NCBI GenBank assembly: GCA_963975775.1
Contig: CAXBIF010000001.1
Span: 267,413-331,412, forward strand
Direction: 5' to 3'
From: an uncultured Herminiimonas sp.
Lineage (GTDB): Bacteria; Pseudomonadota; Gammaproteobacteria; Burkholderiales; Burkholderiaceae_D
Length of the DNA stretch: 64,000 bases
The notes under the pieces were generated by a model. That model ran no database searches and was not told the origin of the DNA. It saw only the letters and a program-made list of their open reading frames with translations. Positions 1 to 9,553 of the stretch are shown piece by piece; position 1 is the first letter of the stretch, and each line of letters starts with the position of its first letter. A program made the translations under genes and the position numbers.

Positions 1-371
1 GCTTTTGATGTGCGCGCAACATCGTCAAAACTCCAGCCGTTATCGTTATTGCTGCTTTCTTCGTTGGATGGCGAGGCGTCAAAACTGGCGTCCGCTTCGG
101 TATTGGCGGCGGCGTTTTCTTCTGCGGTATTGGTTTCGGCGGGAGCGCTGTCCGTGCCGCTGCTGGACGGACTCATTGCGCCATCGGCGAGCAGACGCGT
201 GGCATTATCGAGCGGATCGTCGGTACGCTCCAGCATCGGATTGTCGGCTAAGATTTGTTCGAGTTCTTGATGTAATTCGAGTGTCGACAATTGCAGTAGC
301 CGAATCGACTGCTGCAATTGCGGCGTCAATGCCAGGTGTTGCGAAGTACGTAATTGCAGAGATTGCTTCAT
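1..371 (-). CDS. rpoN: RNA polymerase sigma-54 factor, N-terminal part (runs off window start)
   Basis: Manual minus-strand translation from ATG at 371: [48 protein letters not shown] (RpoN region I); lies downstream of lptB as usual. Not in the ORF track. Confidence 0.95.
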   Translation of the reverse strand, partial: MKQSLQLRTSQHLALTPQLQQSIRLLQLSTLELHQELEQILADNPMLERTDDPLDNATRLLADGAMSPSSSGTDSAPAETNTAEENAAANTEADASFDASPSNEESSNNDNGWSFDDVARTSK

Positions 372-457
372 TAGCTTCAGTTCGACTCTTGTGCTTGATG
401 CTTGCGTTTAATCTTCACATTATTTTTGCACGTGCATACCGAACTCTTGCTGGGTAC

Positions 458-1198
458 TTACATGCGGAAGTGTTCACCCAAATAAACGCGGCGTACTGAT
501 TCATTGTTGATGATGTCGTCGGGACGGCCATTTGCAAGCACCGCACCTTGGTTAATGATGTAAGCGCGATCGCAGATGCCGAGTGTCTCACGCACATTGT
601 GATCGGTGATCAACACACCGATACCACGCTCTTTCAAAAAGCGCACGATACGCTGAATTTCAATCACGGCAATTGGATCAACACCAGCAAAGGGTTCATC
701 CAGCAAAACGAAACGCGGATTGGTCGCTAAGGCACGTGCGATTTCGACGCGTCGGCGCTCACCGCCGGACAGCGACATTGCCTGATTGCTGCGCAGCTTT
801 TCAATTTGCAGATCGGCCAGCAAGGTATCAAGTCGTTGTTCTAATTGCTCGGCATTTAATGCTTTGCCGTTGACGCGTTGCAACTCGAGTACTGCGCGGA
901 TATTGTCTTCGACACTCAGTTTGCGAAACACCGATGCTTCTTGAGGTAGATAAGACAGACCAAGCACTGCGCGACGGTGGATCGGCAGGCGTGAAATATC
1001 GACGCCATCCAACGCTATCTGACCAGCATCAGAAGGCACCAAGCCGACGATCATGTAAAACGAGGTTGTCTTACCGGCGCCGTTAGGGCCCAGTAGGCCG
1101 ACTACTTCGCCGCTTTCAACCTGCAAGGCGACATCGCGGACGACTTGCCGTGCGCCATAAGATTTTTGTAAACCGCTGACAATTAACTTGCTGGACAT
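458..1198 (-). CDS. lptB: LPS export ABC transporter ATP-binding protein
   Basis: Walker [45 protein letters not shown]; lptCAB-rpoN synteny. Confidence 0.97.
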   Translation of the reverse strand: MSSKLIVSGLQKSYGARQVVRDVALQVESGEVVGLLGPNGAGKTTSFYMIVGLVPSDAGQIALDGVDISRLPIHRRAVLGLSYLPQEASVFRKLSVEDNIRAVLELQRVNGKALNAEQLEQRLDTLLADLQIEKLRSNQAMSLSGGERRRVEIARALATNPRFVLLDEPFAGVDPIAVIEIQRIVRFLKERGIGVLITDHNVRETLGICDRAYIINQGAVLANGRPDDIINNESVRRVYLGEHFRM

Positions 1199-1759
1199 CT
1201 AGTTGGCCTTTGTTCCATTTTCTTTGTGCGGCTGAATGACTGCCTTGATACGTCCCGCACCAGCTTTACTTTCGCCGCTTGCCGTATTGTGTACAGTGAA
1301 ATATTCCGCGCGCGTATCGTAGGAAATGTACTCGCCTTCGACTTCGTCGGTGGCCTTATCGCCATCCAAGCGACGCATTCTTGCTTTGGAAAACAGCTTA
1401 AGAATTTCACGCTTGTCGTCGTACTCTATGCGTTCTGCTTGGCCGTCTATCCATTCATTAGGGCCGCCGTCGCGTTTTTGTCGAAAGCTCGCCAATGGGC
1501 CGTTTGGTGTAGCGTACAGCGTGACGAATTGGTAGCCTTCAGGATCTTGCTTAACCACCATCTTGTTTGCTTTCATCAAAATGGTACCGCGCGTCAGCAC
1601 CACATTTCCGGTAAAGGTATTGATCTGCTTGAGGTCGTCGTATTCCATATGATTGGCTTCGACGTTAGTGGGCTTGCTCGAGTCCGCCTTTTCGGCATAC
1701 GCGCCGTGATTAGCGAAAAAACCGGTAACAAGCATCAATATGGTGAGTGATCGTTTCAT
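1199..1759 (-). CDS. lptA: LPS transport periplasmic protein LptA
   Basis: Signal peptide, OstA-like FTGNVVLTRG repeats; between lptC and lptB. Confidence 0.92.
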   Translation of the reverse strand: MKRSLTILMLVTGFFANHGAYAEKADSSKPTNVEANHMEYDDLKQINTFTGNVVLTRGTILMKANKMVVKQDPEGYQFVTLYATPNGPLASFRQKRDGGPNEWIDGQAERIEYDDKREILKLFSKARMRRLDGDKATDEVEGEYISYDTRAEYFTVHNTASGESKAGAGRIKAVIQPHKENGTKAN

Positions 1760-1791
1760 GAACTATCTTTACGGATAATCTTGCGGTGAGG

Positions 1792-2394
1792 TCAACGAGT
1801 AAGGGCAGATGCTGCTTGATACCGCCCTTTAACGTCGCTTGAGAATTTAAATTCCCCAGTTGCATCGTTGGCAACCATGCCGACACCAGTCAGCGTCGAT
1901 TTACCCAATGTTAATTCAGCGGGTTTGGGGGTTTTGATTATGTGTTCATCCGGCAGTAGCAACAGGTAACTTGATTGCAGTTCAAATGCTTGTTTGTCGG
2001 CGTAAGCTGGGCGCTGGATTTTTGCATTGTCGTGCATATGTACTTCGCTGTTTTTATTGCGCACATAGGCATAGTCTGATCGACTCACCATTGGCGGTCG
2101 GTTCTGACCAAAGCTATGCATCACCGGCTGCAGCACGTAATACGAATTGTCTTGTGGATTGTGCGTCATGCGTGCGCCACTCAAGTTGAAACGTGCTTCA
2201 CCAGTTTTGCCTAAACGTACAAAATCAAATTTTTCTACATAGTAGTCGACTACACTGGGCGGCTTCTGTTTTAGGTTACTGTCGGCTTGTCGGCGCAGCA
2301 CTTCCAATAGCCAAAAACTACCAAACGCCAGTGCCGCACTGATAGTGACCAGCACGATCATACGTACCGTGTTGCTGGTGTGGGATGGTCTCAT
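1792..2394 (-). CDS. lptC: LPS export protein LptC
   Basis: Single N-terminal TM helix, beta-jellyroll-like body ending LTGVGMVAN; synteny. Confidence 0.88.
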   Translation of the reverse strand: MRPSHTSNTVRMIVLVTISAALAFGSFWLLEVLRRQADSNLKQKPPSVVDYYVEKFDFVRLGKTGEARFNLSGARMTHNPQDNSYYVLQPVMHSFGQNRPPMVSRSDYAYVRNKNSEVHMHDNAKIQRPAYADKQAFELQSSYLLLLPDEHIIKTPKPAELTLGKSTLTGVGMVANDATGEFKFSSDVKGRYQAASALTR

Positions 2395-2930
2395 GTTAGA
2401 TACGGTGCTAGGGCGCGGTCGTAATTATCTTGCGCACGCAGGATAAAATCGCAGAGTTCGCGGACCGCACCGCGACCGCCACTGGCCTCCGTCACATAGT
2501 GGACGCGCGTGCGTACTTCGGCGTGGCCGTTGGGTACGCTGGCAGCAAAGCCGACGCGAGATAGTATCGGCAGATCAATCACATCATCGCCAATAAAGCC
2601 GCATTGCTGCGGGGTCATCTTGGTTTGTGCGAGCAATTGTTGAAAAGCCTCGCCTTTATCATGAATGCCTTGCAGCACATGCTGTATGCCAAGGTCGGTG
2701 GCGCGGCGCAACACGATTGGAGACTGCCGTGCACTGATGATCGCAGTGAGGACGCCAGACTGTTGCAGGAGCTTGATGCCGTGTCCATCCAACACATTAA
2801 AAGTTTTAATTTGTTCACCGTCGGCACCAAAATGCAGACTGCCATCGGTCAAGATGCCGTCGACGTCGAAAATCATCAGTCTTACGGCTGCCGCGCGGCT
2901 GACGATATCGTGATTGTTTTGCGCCGTCAT
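2391..2930 (-). CDS. kdsC: KDO 8-phosphate phosphatase (HAD)
   Basis: FDVDGILTDG, FIGDDVIDLP, GGRGAVRELCD motifs; follows kdsD. Confidence 0.95.
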   Translation of the reverse strand: MTAQNNHDIVSRAAAVRLMIFDVDGILTDGSLHFGADGEQIKTFNVLDGHGIKLLQQSGVLTAIISARQSPIVLRRATDLGIQHVLQGIHDKGEAFQQLLAQTKMTPQQCGFIGDDVIDLPILSRVGFAASVPNGHAEVRTRVHYVTEASGGRGAVRELCDFILRAQDNYDRALAPYLT

Positions 2931-3958
2931 CAGATCACCTTCGCGCGCGTCAAGTCGTGGATATGCACGGCACCGATTAATTTGTTGTCGTCATCAACCA
3001 CAAGCAACTGATTGATGCGATACGTTTCCATCATCTCGACCGCCTCAACTGCCAATTGTTCAGGTTTTAACGCACGTGGATTGGCGTGCATGACGTCAGC
3101 GATCAACAGTGTGGAAAGATCCTGCTTGCGTTCGATCAGTCGGCGCAAATCACCGTCCGTGAAGACGCCAATTGCATGACCGTCGTCATCCACCACGCTC
3201 GTCATGGCCATACCTTTTCTGCTGATCTCAAGCAAGGCCTCAGTAAGCGTGGCGCGTTGGGAGACAGCGGGGAGTGCGGCGCCGGTGCGCATGACATCGC
3301 GTACATGGGTCAACAGGCGTCGACCGAGCGCACCGCCCGGATGTGAGCGGGCAAAATCTTCTGCACCAAAGCCGCGTGCATCAAGTAGCGCCATTGCCAC
3401 CGCATCTCCGAGTGCTAAGGTCGCGGTGGTGCTGGCTGTCGGTGCGAGGTTGAGTGGGCAGGCTTCCTTGTCGACTTTGACATTCAAATGGACGTCGGCC
3501 AGTTGCGCTAAATTGGAGGCGTCATTGCCGGTGATGGCAATCAAGGTTGCACCCATGCGCTTAATGATGGGAACCACCGCGAGTAATTCTCCGGCCTCAC
3601 CCGAATACGAAATCGCAATCAGCACATCATCAGTAGTGATCATGCCCAAATCGCCATGCGAGGCTTCGGCGGCATGGACAAACAAGGCGGGCGTGCCCGT
3701 TGATGCTAGCGTCGAGGCAATCTTGCGCGCGATGTGCCCTGATTTACCTATTCCTGACACCACTACGCGCCCACGGCACGCTAACAACAATGCGACCGCT
3801 TTGCTTAAAAGTCCGGCGCTGTCACCAGCGAGGCGCGCTTTGAGCGCGAGCAAAGCGTCGGCTTCGATCTGGATGGTCTCGCAAGCAAACTGCAATGCAC
3901 GTTCGCTGCTGGCGGCATTAAAATCTGCCGGGAAAGAGGGGGCTTGGGTTACACTCAT
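2930..3958 (-). CDS. kdsD: Arabinose 5-phosphate isomerase (SIS + 2 CBS)
   Basis: GIGKSGHIARK, EASHGDLG, LAPTASTT, HPGGALG; start placed at ATG 3958 (ORF track opens at 3988). Confidence 0.95.
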   Translation of the reverse strand: MSVTQAPSFPADFNAASSERALQFACETIQIEADALLALKARLAGDSAGLLSKAVALLLACRGRVVVSGIGKSGHIARKIASTLASTGTPALFVHAAEASHGDLGMITTDDVLIAISYSGEAGELLAVVPIIKRMGATLIAITGNDASNLAQLADVHLNVKVDKEACPLNLAPTASTTATLALGDAVAMALLDARGFGAEDFARSHPGGALGRRLLTHVRDVMRTGAALPAVSQRATLTEALLEISRKGMAMTSVVDDDGHAIGVFTDGDLRRLIERKQDLSTLLIADVMHANPRALKPEQLAVEAVEMMETYRINQLLVVDDDNKLIGAVHIHDLTRAKVI

Positions 3959-4152
3959 GCGGAAAGTATAAACGAAATTCCAAAGCAAAAAACTTGCCAG
4001 TCAATTTTAAGTTTGTATTTGCGTTATCTTTAGGCGCATCTGGACGCGCCGTGTTAGCACCATTTTTGTAATGCTCATGAAAGGTCATCGCTTCATGGCC
4101 GCATCTTCATATTGACGCAGTTTTGCTGACACCTATTTTCTGACTTCATCCC

Positions 4153-6138
4153 ATGTTTTCGCCTCTCGAACTCACCTTATTATTACTGGTCGCCGCTGTG
4201 CTGGGAGTGGTCGCCTTTCGCATTATGCAATTGCCGCCAATGCTCGGTTATCTGGCTGCTGGCATTCTGATTGGTCCTTACAGTTTGGGATTGGCGGAAG
4301 ATAACGCGACCACGCATACGTTGGCGGAGTTTGGTGTTGTCTTTTTGATGTTCTCGCTTGGCCTGGAGTTTTCACTTGCCAAGCTGATAGCGATGCGACG
4401 CATCGTATTTGGCTTGGGCATTGGACAAGTTGTGTTGAGTCTATTGGCAACCATGGCATTTACCTGGCTGATTGCCTATTACGTCCCACGTTTTACCGCG
4501 ATTAGCTGGCAAGCGGCGTTCGCGCTGGGCGCGGCATTGGCTTTGTCATCGACTGCGATTGTTTCGAAAATGCTGACCGAACGGCTAGAGCTCGAAACCG
4601 AGTATGGGCGTCGGATTATTGGGATTTTATTATTCCAAGATTTAGCCTTGGTGCCGTTGTTGATCATGGTGCCAGCAATCGCCAATCCACAAGACGATTT
4701 GGTTGTTACGCTAGCGTGGGCTAGCTTGAAGGCGGCGATTGTTTTGCTGTTACTGCTTTTCATCGGACAAAAACTGATCCGCGGGTGGTTACGAATTGTG
4801 GTGAGGCGGCATTCGCAAGAACTGTTCATGCTCAATATCCTGTTGATTACTTTAGGTGCAGCGTGGATTACTGAAATGGCAGGCCTGTCGTTGGCACTGG
4901 GGGCGTTTGTCGCTGGCATGGTGATTTCTGAGACCGAGTTTCGTTCACAGGTGGAAGAAGACATCAAGTCATTCCGCGATGTGTTGTTGGGACTATTTTT
5001 TATCACCATCGGCATGCTGTTAAACGTGCGCTTGGTGGTAGAGAACTGGTGGCTAGTTCTGCTGTTGGTCACAATTCCAATGTTGCTCAAATTTGGCGTC
5101 ATCACCGCACTCGCACGTTTCTTTGGCGCCTCTACCGGCGTGTCCTTGCGTACTGGCTTGGCCTTGGCACAAGCGGGTGAATTTAGCTTTGTTTTACTTA
5201 ATCAGGTAAGCGGCATGAACCTGATGGACCCACTGATCGTTCAATTGATACTGGCGTCAATGGTGCTGTCCATGCTGATTGCGCCATTTATTATCGACAA
5301 CGCCGATAAGATTGTGCTCAAGTTTTCTGCCAGCGAATGGATGACGCAATCGCTGGCCTTGACGCAAATTGCAACGCGCACCATGTCGTCGCAAAAGCAT
5401 GTACTGATTGCCGGTTTTGGCCGTAGCGGACAGAATCTCGCCAAACAGTTAGAAGAAGAGGGTATCCCCTATCACGCGTTGGACATGGACCCAGATAGAG
5501 TGCGGGCCGCGCAGGCGGCTGGCGCGCATGTGTCATATGGCGATGCCGGCCGTCGAGAAAGTCTGGTGGCAGCCGGTATTCACCGCGCCGCGACGCTAGT
5601 GATTACTTACGCCAATACACCTTCGGCGTTGCGCGTCTTGCGTCATACGCATGAGTTACGACCGAACTTGCCGGTGATTGTGCGTAGTTATGACGATACC
5701 GATTTTGAAAAACTGCGCGAAGCCGGTGCGGCGGAAGTGGTGCCAGAAGTGATGGAAGGTAGTTTGATGCTGGCTTCACAAGCTTTGCTGACGATGGGCG
5801 TGCCGTTGCGTAAAGTGGTACAGCGCGTGCAAATGACACGTAGCAAACGTTATGCATCGTTGCGTGGTTATTTTCATGGTCTCAGTGACAGCGATGTCGA
5901 TGAGCATTTGCAAGTGCGACTGCAGTCCGTCGCCTTGCATGATGGTGCTGCAGCTATTGGTAAACCTTTGGCAGATATCAAGTTGGGTGATGTGGATGTG
6001 GATGTCACCGCATTAAGACGCGGCATCAAGCGTATAGATTGGAGCATGGACACCGTGTTGGAGCAGGGCGATATTCTGGTTTTACGCGGCGCGATGGAAG
6101 GCTTGGCGCTGGCAGAAAACAAGCTGCTGAAGTCTTGA
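4153..6138 (+). CDS. CPA2-family cation/proton antiporter with TrkA-N and TrkA-C domains (KefB/YbaL-like)
   Basis: About 13 TM segments, GILLFQDL, AQAGEFSF, IAGFGRSGQ KTN motif. Confidence 0.9.
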   Translation: MFSPLELTLLLLVAAVLGVVAFRIMQLPPMLGYLAAGILIGPYSLGLAEDNATTHTLAEFGVVFLMFSLGLEFSLAKLIAMRRIVFGLGIGQVVLSLLATMAFTWLIAYYVPRFTAISWQAAFALGAALALSSTAIVSKMLTERLELETEYGRRIIGILLFQDLALVPLLIMVPAIANPQDDLVVTLAWASLKAAIVLLLLLFIGQKLIRGWLRIVVRRHSQELFMLNILLITLGAAWITEMAGLSLALGAFVAGMVISETEFRSQVEEDIKSFRDVLLGLFFITIGMLLNVRLVVENWWLVLLLVTIPMLLKFGVITALARFFGASTGVSLRTGLALAQAGEFSFVLLNQVSGMNLMDPLIVQLILASMVLSMLIAPFIIDNADKIVLKFSASEWMTQSLALTQIATRTMSSQKHVLIAGFGRSGQNLAKQLEEEGIPYHALDMDPDRVRAAQAAGAHVSYGDAGRRESLVAAGIHRAATLVITYANTPSALRVLRHTHELRPNLPVIVRSYDDTDFEKLREAGAAEVVPEVMEGSLMLASQALLTMGVPLRKVVQRVQMTRSKRYASLRGYFHGLSDSDVDEHLQVRLQSVALHDGAAAIGKPLADIKLGDVDVDVTALRRGIKRIDWSMDTVLEQGDILVLRGAMEGLALAENKLLKS

Positions 6139-6316
6139 GGCGACTATCTACTGTGTGTTTCTTGAACGAATCCTGAGAGCGGTTGCCAAACTAGAGTGAA
6201 CAAATTTGTGGCGACTTTGGCGTCACGGTTTACAGATGATTCACTTTGCATTTGCTTTAATCATATCGGTCATGATTGTCTCCGCATTCTGCTTTACTCT
6301 CTGTTGAAAGTCGTTG

Positions 6317-7207
6317 ATGCCCGTTCTCCTTAAAAGTACTTTTTCAGTTTTAAGTTTATTGATGGTGGTTGGTTTAGTGGGTTGCGCACCACTAGCGACG
6401 ATCAATGCGTTGAGGCCGACTAGTGCGTATGACAAGCATGCAGAGCTTGCTTACGGCAGTGACCCACGTCAAAAATTAGATGTCTACACGCCCCGTGATT
6501 TAAAAGCGTCCGCACCCGTCGTTGTGTTTTTCTATGGCGGCACTTGGAACGCTGGCGCACGCGCTGATTACAAGTTTGTCGGTCAAGCGCTGGCATCACG
6601 CGGCATCGTTGCGGTGGTAGCTGACTATCGCTTATATCCGCAAGTGCGCTACCCCGGCATTTTGCAAGACAGTGCGCACGCAGTCGCCTGGACGCTAAAA
6701 AATATCGGACGTTTTGGCGGCGACCCCGCGCATGTCTTTGTCATGGGACATAGTGCCGGTGCGTATAACGCCGCGATGGTCGCACTTGATGGTCGCTGGT
6801 TAGAGCAAGCTGATACCAAGACTACTGCATTGCGCGGCTGGATAGGCTTGGCCGGTCCGTACGACTTTCTGCCGATAGAAAACCCGGAAGCAAAACCGGT
6901 GTTCTTTTTCCCTAACAGCCCGCCAGAATCGCAGCCTATCAATCATGTCACCGCCGCTGCGCCGCCAGCTTTGCTGATCGCCGCGCTAAATGACAAGCTA
7001 GTTAATCCGCAGCGCAACACGCGTGGTATGACCGACAAGTTACGCGCGGTCGGCGTCAAGGTAGAGACAATTTACTATGACCGTTATCTATCGCATCCGA
7101 CCTTGGTGGCGACACTGGCATGGCCTTTACGTTGGTGGGCACCCGTGTTGGATAATGTCGAACAATTTGTTAAATCGGATGGTGGTCGTAAGTCTAGTGC
7201 GCAATAG
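6317..7207 (+). CDS. Alpha/beta hydrolase lipoprotein (carboxylesterase-like)
   Basis: Lipobox LVGC, FYGGTW oxyanion loop, GHSAG nucleophile elbow. Confidence 0.85.
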   Translation: MPVLLKSTFSVLSLLMVVGLVGCAPLATINALRPTSAYDKHAELAYGSDPRQKLDVYTPRDLKASAPVVVFFYGGTWNAGARADYKFVGQALASRGIVAVVADYRLYPQVRYPGILQDSAHAVAWTLKNIGRFGGDPAHVFVMGHSAGAYNAAMVALDGRWLEQADTKTTALRGWIGLAGPYDFLPIENPEAKPVFFFPNSPPESQPINHVTAAAPPALLIAALNDKLVNPQRNTRGMTDKLRAVGVKVETIYYDRYLSHPTLVATLAWPLRWWAPVLDNVEQFVKSDGGRKSSAQ

Positions 7208-7357
7208 CTTGCACAAAAAGTGGGGCAGCAAATCGCACCATTAAGTTGAGCAATCAGATGTGCATATAAATGGCGCACTGAATTGAGCAGCTAATTTTCG
7301 CAGCGAAAGTACACAGCGAATTTGTGCAATTAAATCACCAGCATATAAAATGATGTC

Positions 7358-7390
7358 GCCGGCACTGCTTGATCCAGTGTCGGCATTTTT
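7358..7390 (+). terminator. Intrinsic terminator-like hairpin upstream of AEC transporter
   Basis: GCCGGCACTG-loop-CAGTGTCGGC followed by ATTTTTG. Confidence 0.5.
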
Positions 7391-7411
7391 GTTTCCCTAT
7401 GACGAGTTTGG

Positions 7412-8332
7412 ATGGAAATTTTAGAGCGCATACTTGGCATCATTCTGCCAGTCTTTATCATCATTGCCATCGGCTTTGCCTACGCGCGCGCACGTGGCGA
7501 AACGGTGCATGCTGATATGGCCTCGGTCAGTCGCGTCAGTATGAGTGTGCTGTCACCGTTACTGATTTTTACTGCGTTAGCTGGCAAGGATTTTGATCTG
7601 GCGCAAAACGGCATTTTGATCTTGATCGGTGTTGTCATTTCGCTAGGATCAGGCTTGATAGCATGGCCGCTCGCACGTTTGCTCGGGTACGACGTACGGA
7701 CTTTTGTGCCGCCGATGATGTACAACAATTGCGGCAATATGGGTTTGCCTTTGTCGGTATTAGCGTTTGGCGCCTCTAGTCTTGGATCAGCGGTTGCCTT
7801 GTTCATGGCCTGCAACCTGATGTATTTTTCAGTCGGTATAAAAATACTAGAAAGTGGCCGCGTCGGCACCGATCATCCGCGCAAAGCGCACTGGCAGTTC
7901 TTGCGCAACCCGATGATGATCGCGATGCTGCTCGGGATTATTTTTGCAGCGCTCAAGCCAGGCATTCCTGCGCCACTATTTACCGCCATGCAAATGCTGG
8001 GTAGCGCCTGCATCCCGATCATGCTGTTTTCGCTCGGCGTACGCATGCGCGATATTAGCTTTAAAAGTTGGCCCATCGGCATTGTCGGCGCTTGCGTCTG
8101 CCCGCTGGCTGGATTGATAGTGGCTTGGTTGCTTGATCAATCACTCGACCTGACGCAAGCGCAACGCGGCCAGATGTATTTGTTTGCCGCACTACCACCC
8201 GCAATTTTCTGCTTCATGATGGCCGAGCGCTACAAGCAAGAGCCGGACAAGGTGGCGTCCATTGTGCTGCTTGGTACGCTTTCAGCGTTGCTGTTTGTGC
8301 CGCTGGGGTTATGGATGGGTTTGCCTAAGTGA
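7412..8332 (+). CDS. AEC (auxin efflux carrier) family transporter
   Basis: About 10 TM segments, YNNCGNMGLP and ALPPAIF motifs. Confidence 0.88.
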   Translation: MEILERILGIILPVFIIIAIGFAYARARGETVHADMASVSRVSMSVLSPLLIFTALAGKDFDLAQNGILILIGVVISLGSGLIAWPLARLLGYDVRTFVPPMMYNNCGNMGLPLSVLAFGASSLGSAVALFMACNLMYFSVGIKILESGRVGTDHPRKAHWQFLRNPMMIAMLLGIIFAALKPGIPAPLFTAMQMLGSACIPIMLFSLGVRMRDISFKSWPIGIVGACVCPLAGLIVAWLLDQSLDLTQAQRGQMYLFAALPPAIFCFMMAERYKQEPDKVASIVLLGTLSALLFVPLGLWMGLPK

Positions 8333-8612
8333 GGTAGCGGTGAAGTGGCGAACCTGGCGCTAAAAGAGACGAGCTTCGATACTGGTTAAACGCGGGCAGT
8401 CTAGCCTTCTCGTTGACTAGTAATTCTGAGCCTGCTTCTTGAATGGTTAAGTAAGGGATGAATATGGCAGAAATTCCATATCCACGGGATGCCCGAATAG
8501 CCAGCAGTCTTCTATGCTGTTGAAGCATTAATCAATACACGGGATATTCATAGTTTTGCTTGATCAGTTTCAGGCATTTGTCACCGTAAAAAGCCTGCCG
8601 CTTTTTCGGATT

Positions 8613-8743
8613 TGTTTACAGCTGATGATTTGCACAGTACATTCTGTTTCAGCCAATCTCCACGGGGGCATGGAAGTAGCTTGCCGAGTTAGACAGCACG
8701 CTCTAGGTTATCCATCACTTTTTCTGTATAAAATAAGTTAGGC
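8613..8743 (+). other. Putative integron-type recombination site (attI-like or atypical long attC), copy 1
   Basis: Ends in GTTAGGC (8737-8743); internal GTTA at 8688 and 8707; homologous to 63177-63311 on the minus strand (47/61 ungapped over 8683-8743). Confidence 0.6.
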
Positions 8744-8749
8744 GTTGCA

Positions 8750-9421
8750 ATGAGCACACCCTGGAATCTCGGCGAACTGCGGACGCATGCCAAGAAAAAC
8801 TCTGACAGAACTACGCTCGAGCTTGTTGATTCAGTGAGTCGAAGCGACTCAATTTTTCAGTACCACGTATTCACTGCACGCGACGCGCTGAAAGGAATCC
8901 TCAACTACGAGGAGCCGCAGGGGGTAGAGAACTGGATGTTCATCCTCGGCGGCTCGGATCGTCAAGAAGAATTCTTCTATGCCAAGGTTGTCAGCGAAGC
9001 CAACCTGATTTCGTGCATACACACCGCTCGTAGCTTGCTTGAAACGTTCGCACAGCTAGTCAATCGCATCGTCCTTGAGAGCGCCATCGAAGTATCGAAA
9101 TGCACTCCAAAGGCAGTCGTTGCCAAGCTACCAAATGGTGAAATCAAGACCAAGCTCCAGGAGTTGCTTGCCTCACATTGGTTTTCATACACATCTGCAT
9201 TCACCAACACCGTCAAACACAGGCAACTCATTCAGCATCATGTCTCCATCTCGTTTGTAGACAACATCGTCGGCATCAAGGTTGGCGCATTCGAGTACGA
9301 AGGCGTGTCATATCCAGCCTACTGGGCCAATGAGTTTCTGCAGGGTGTTATCGATGTCAAGAATGAAATTATTGATCTTGGGCGAGCCCTCAATTGCACC
9401 CTGGCGCACGGCAACGCCTAA
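8750..9421 (+). CDS. Gene-cassette ORF, hypothetical HEPN-like protein (Cthe_2314-like)
   Basis: Helical 223-aa protein with FTNTVKHR motif; ATG 6 nt after GTTAGGC; stop codon lies inside GCCTAAC. Confidence 0.6.
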   Translation: MSTPWNLGELRTHAKKNSDRTTLELVDSVSRSDSIFQYHVFTARDALKGILNYEEPQGVENWMFILGGSDRQEEFFYAKVVSEANLISCIHTARSLLETFAQLVNRIVLESAIEVSKCTPKAVVAKLPNGEIKTKLQELLASHWFSYTSAFTNTVKHRQLIQHHVSISFVDNIVGIKVGAFEYEGVSYPAYWANEFLQGVIDVKNEIIDLGRALNCTLAHGNA

Positions 9422-9472
9422 CCCTTCAATCAAGAGCAAGCCGGGTTATGCCTCTCATCTCAAACGTTAGCG
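9416..9472 (+). mobile_element. attC site (59-base element)
   Basis: GCCTAAC CCTTC AATCAAGAG ... CCTCTCATCT CAAAC GTTAGCG, 57 bp; inverse core GCCTAAC is the exact complement of the cassette 5' core GTTAGGC. Confidence 0.8.
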
Positions 9473-9493
9473 GGCTTGTAAGTAGAAGGAGAA

Positions 9494-9527
9494 AATAAAA
9501 AAGCGAACGGAAGTTCGCTTTTTTATT
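9494..9527. terminator. Bidirectional intrinsic terminator (uvrA / cassette)
   Basis: AATAAAAAAGCGAAC-GGAA-GTTCGCTTTTTTATT. Confidence 0.85.
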
Positions 9528-9553
9528 GGCCAGTCGTTAAGAGTATCAATAAT

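Noticed and set aside
5-499. Plus-strand ORFs 5-499 and 10-270
   Set aside because: They are antisense to the clear rpoN reading frame.
8333-8612. Possible decayed intI divergent from site 1 (scattered minus-strand peptides such as WLFGHPVDMEFL and NQYRSSSLL faintly recall the IntI N-terminus)
   Set aside because: The fragments are in different frames, short and low in identity, with no catalytic motifs. Only a TBLASTN/HMM search with IntI could support it.
8556-8741. 61-aa ORF ending inside site 1
   Set aside because: The homologous copy 2 has an in-frame stop in this frame, and mismatches show no third-position bias, so the shared sequence looks non-coding.
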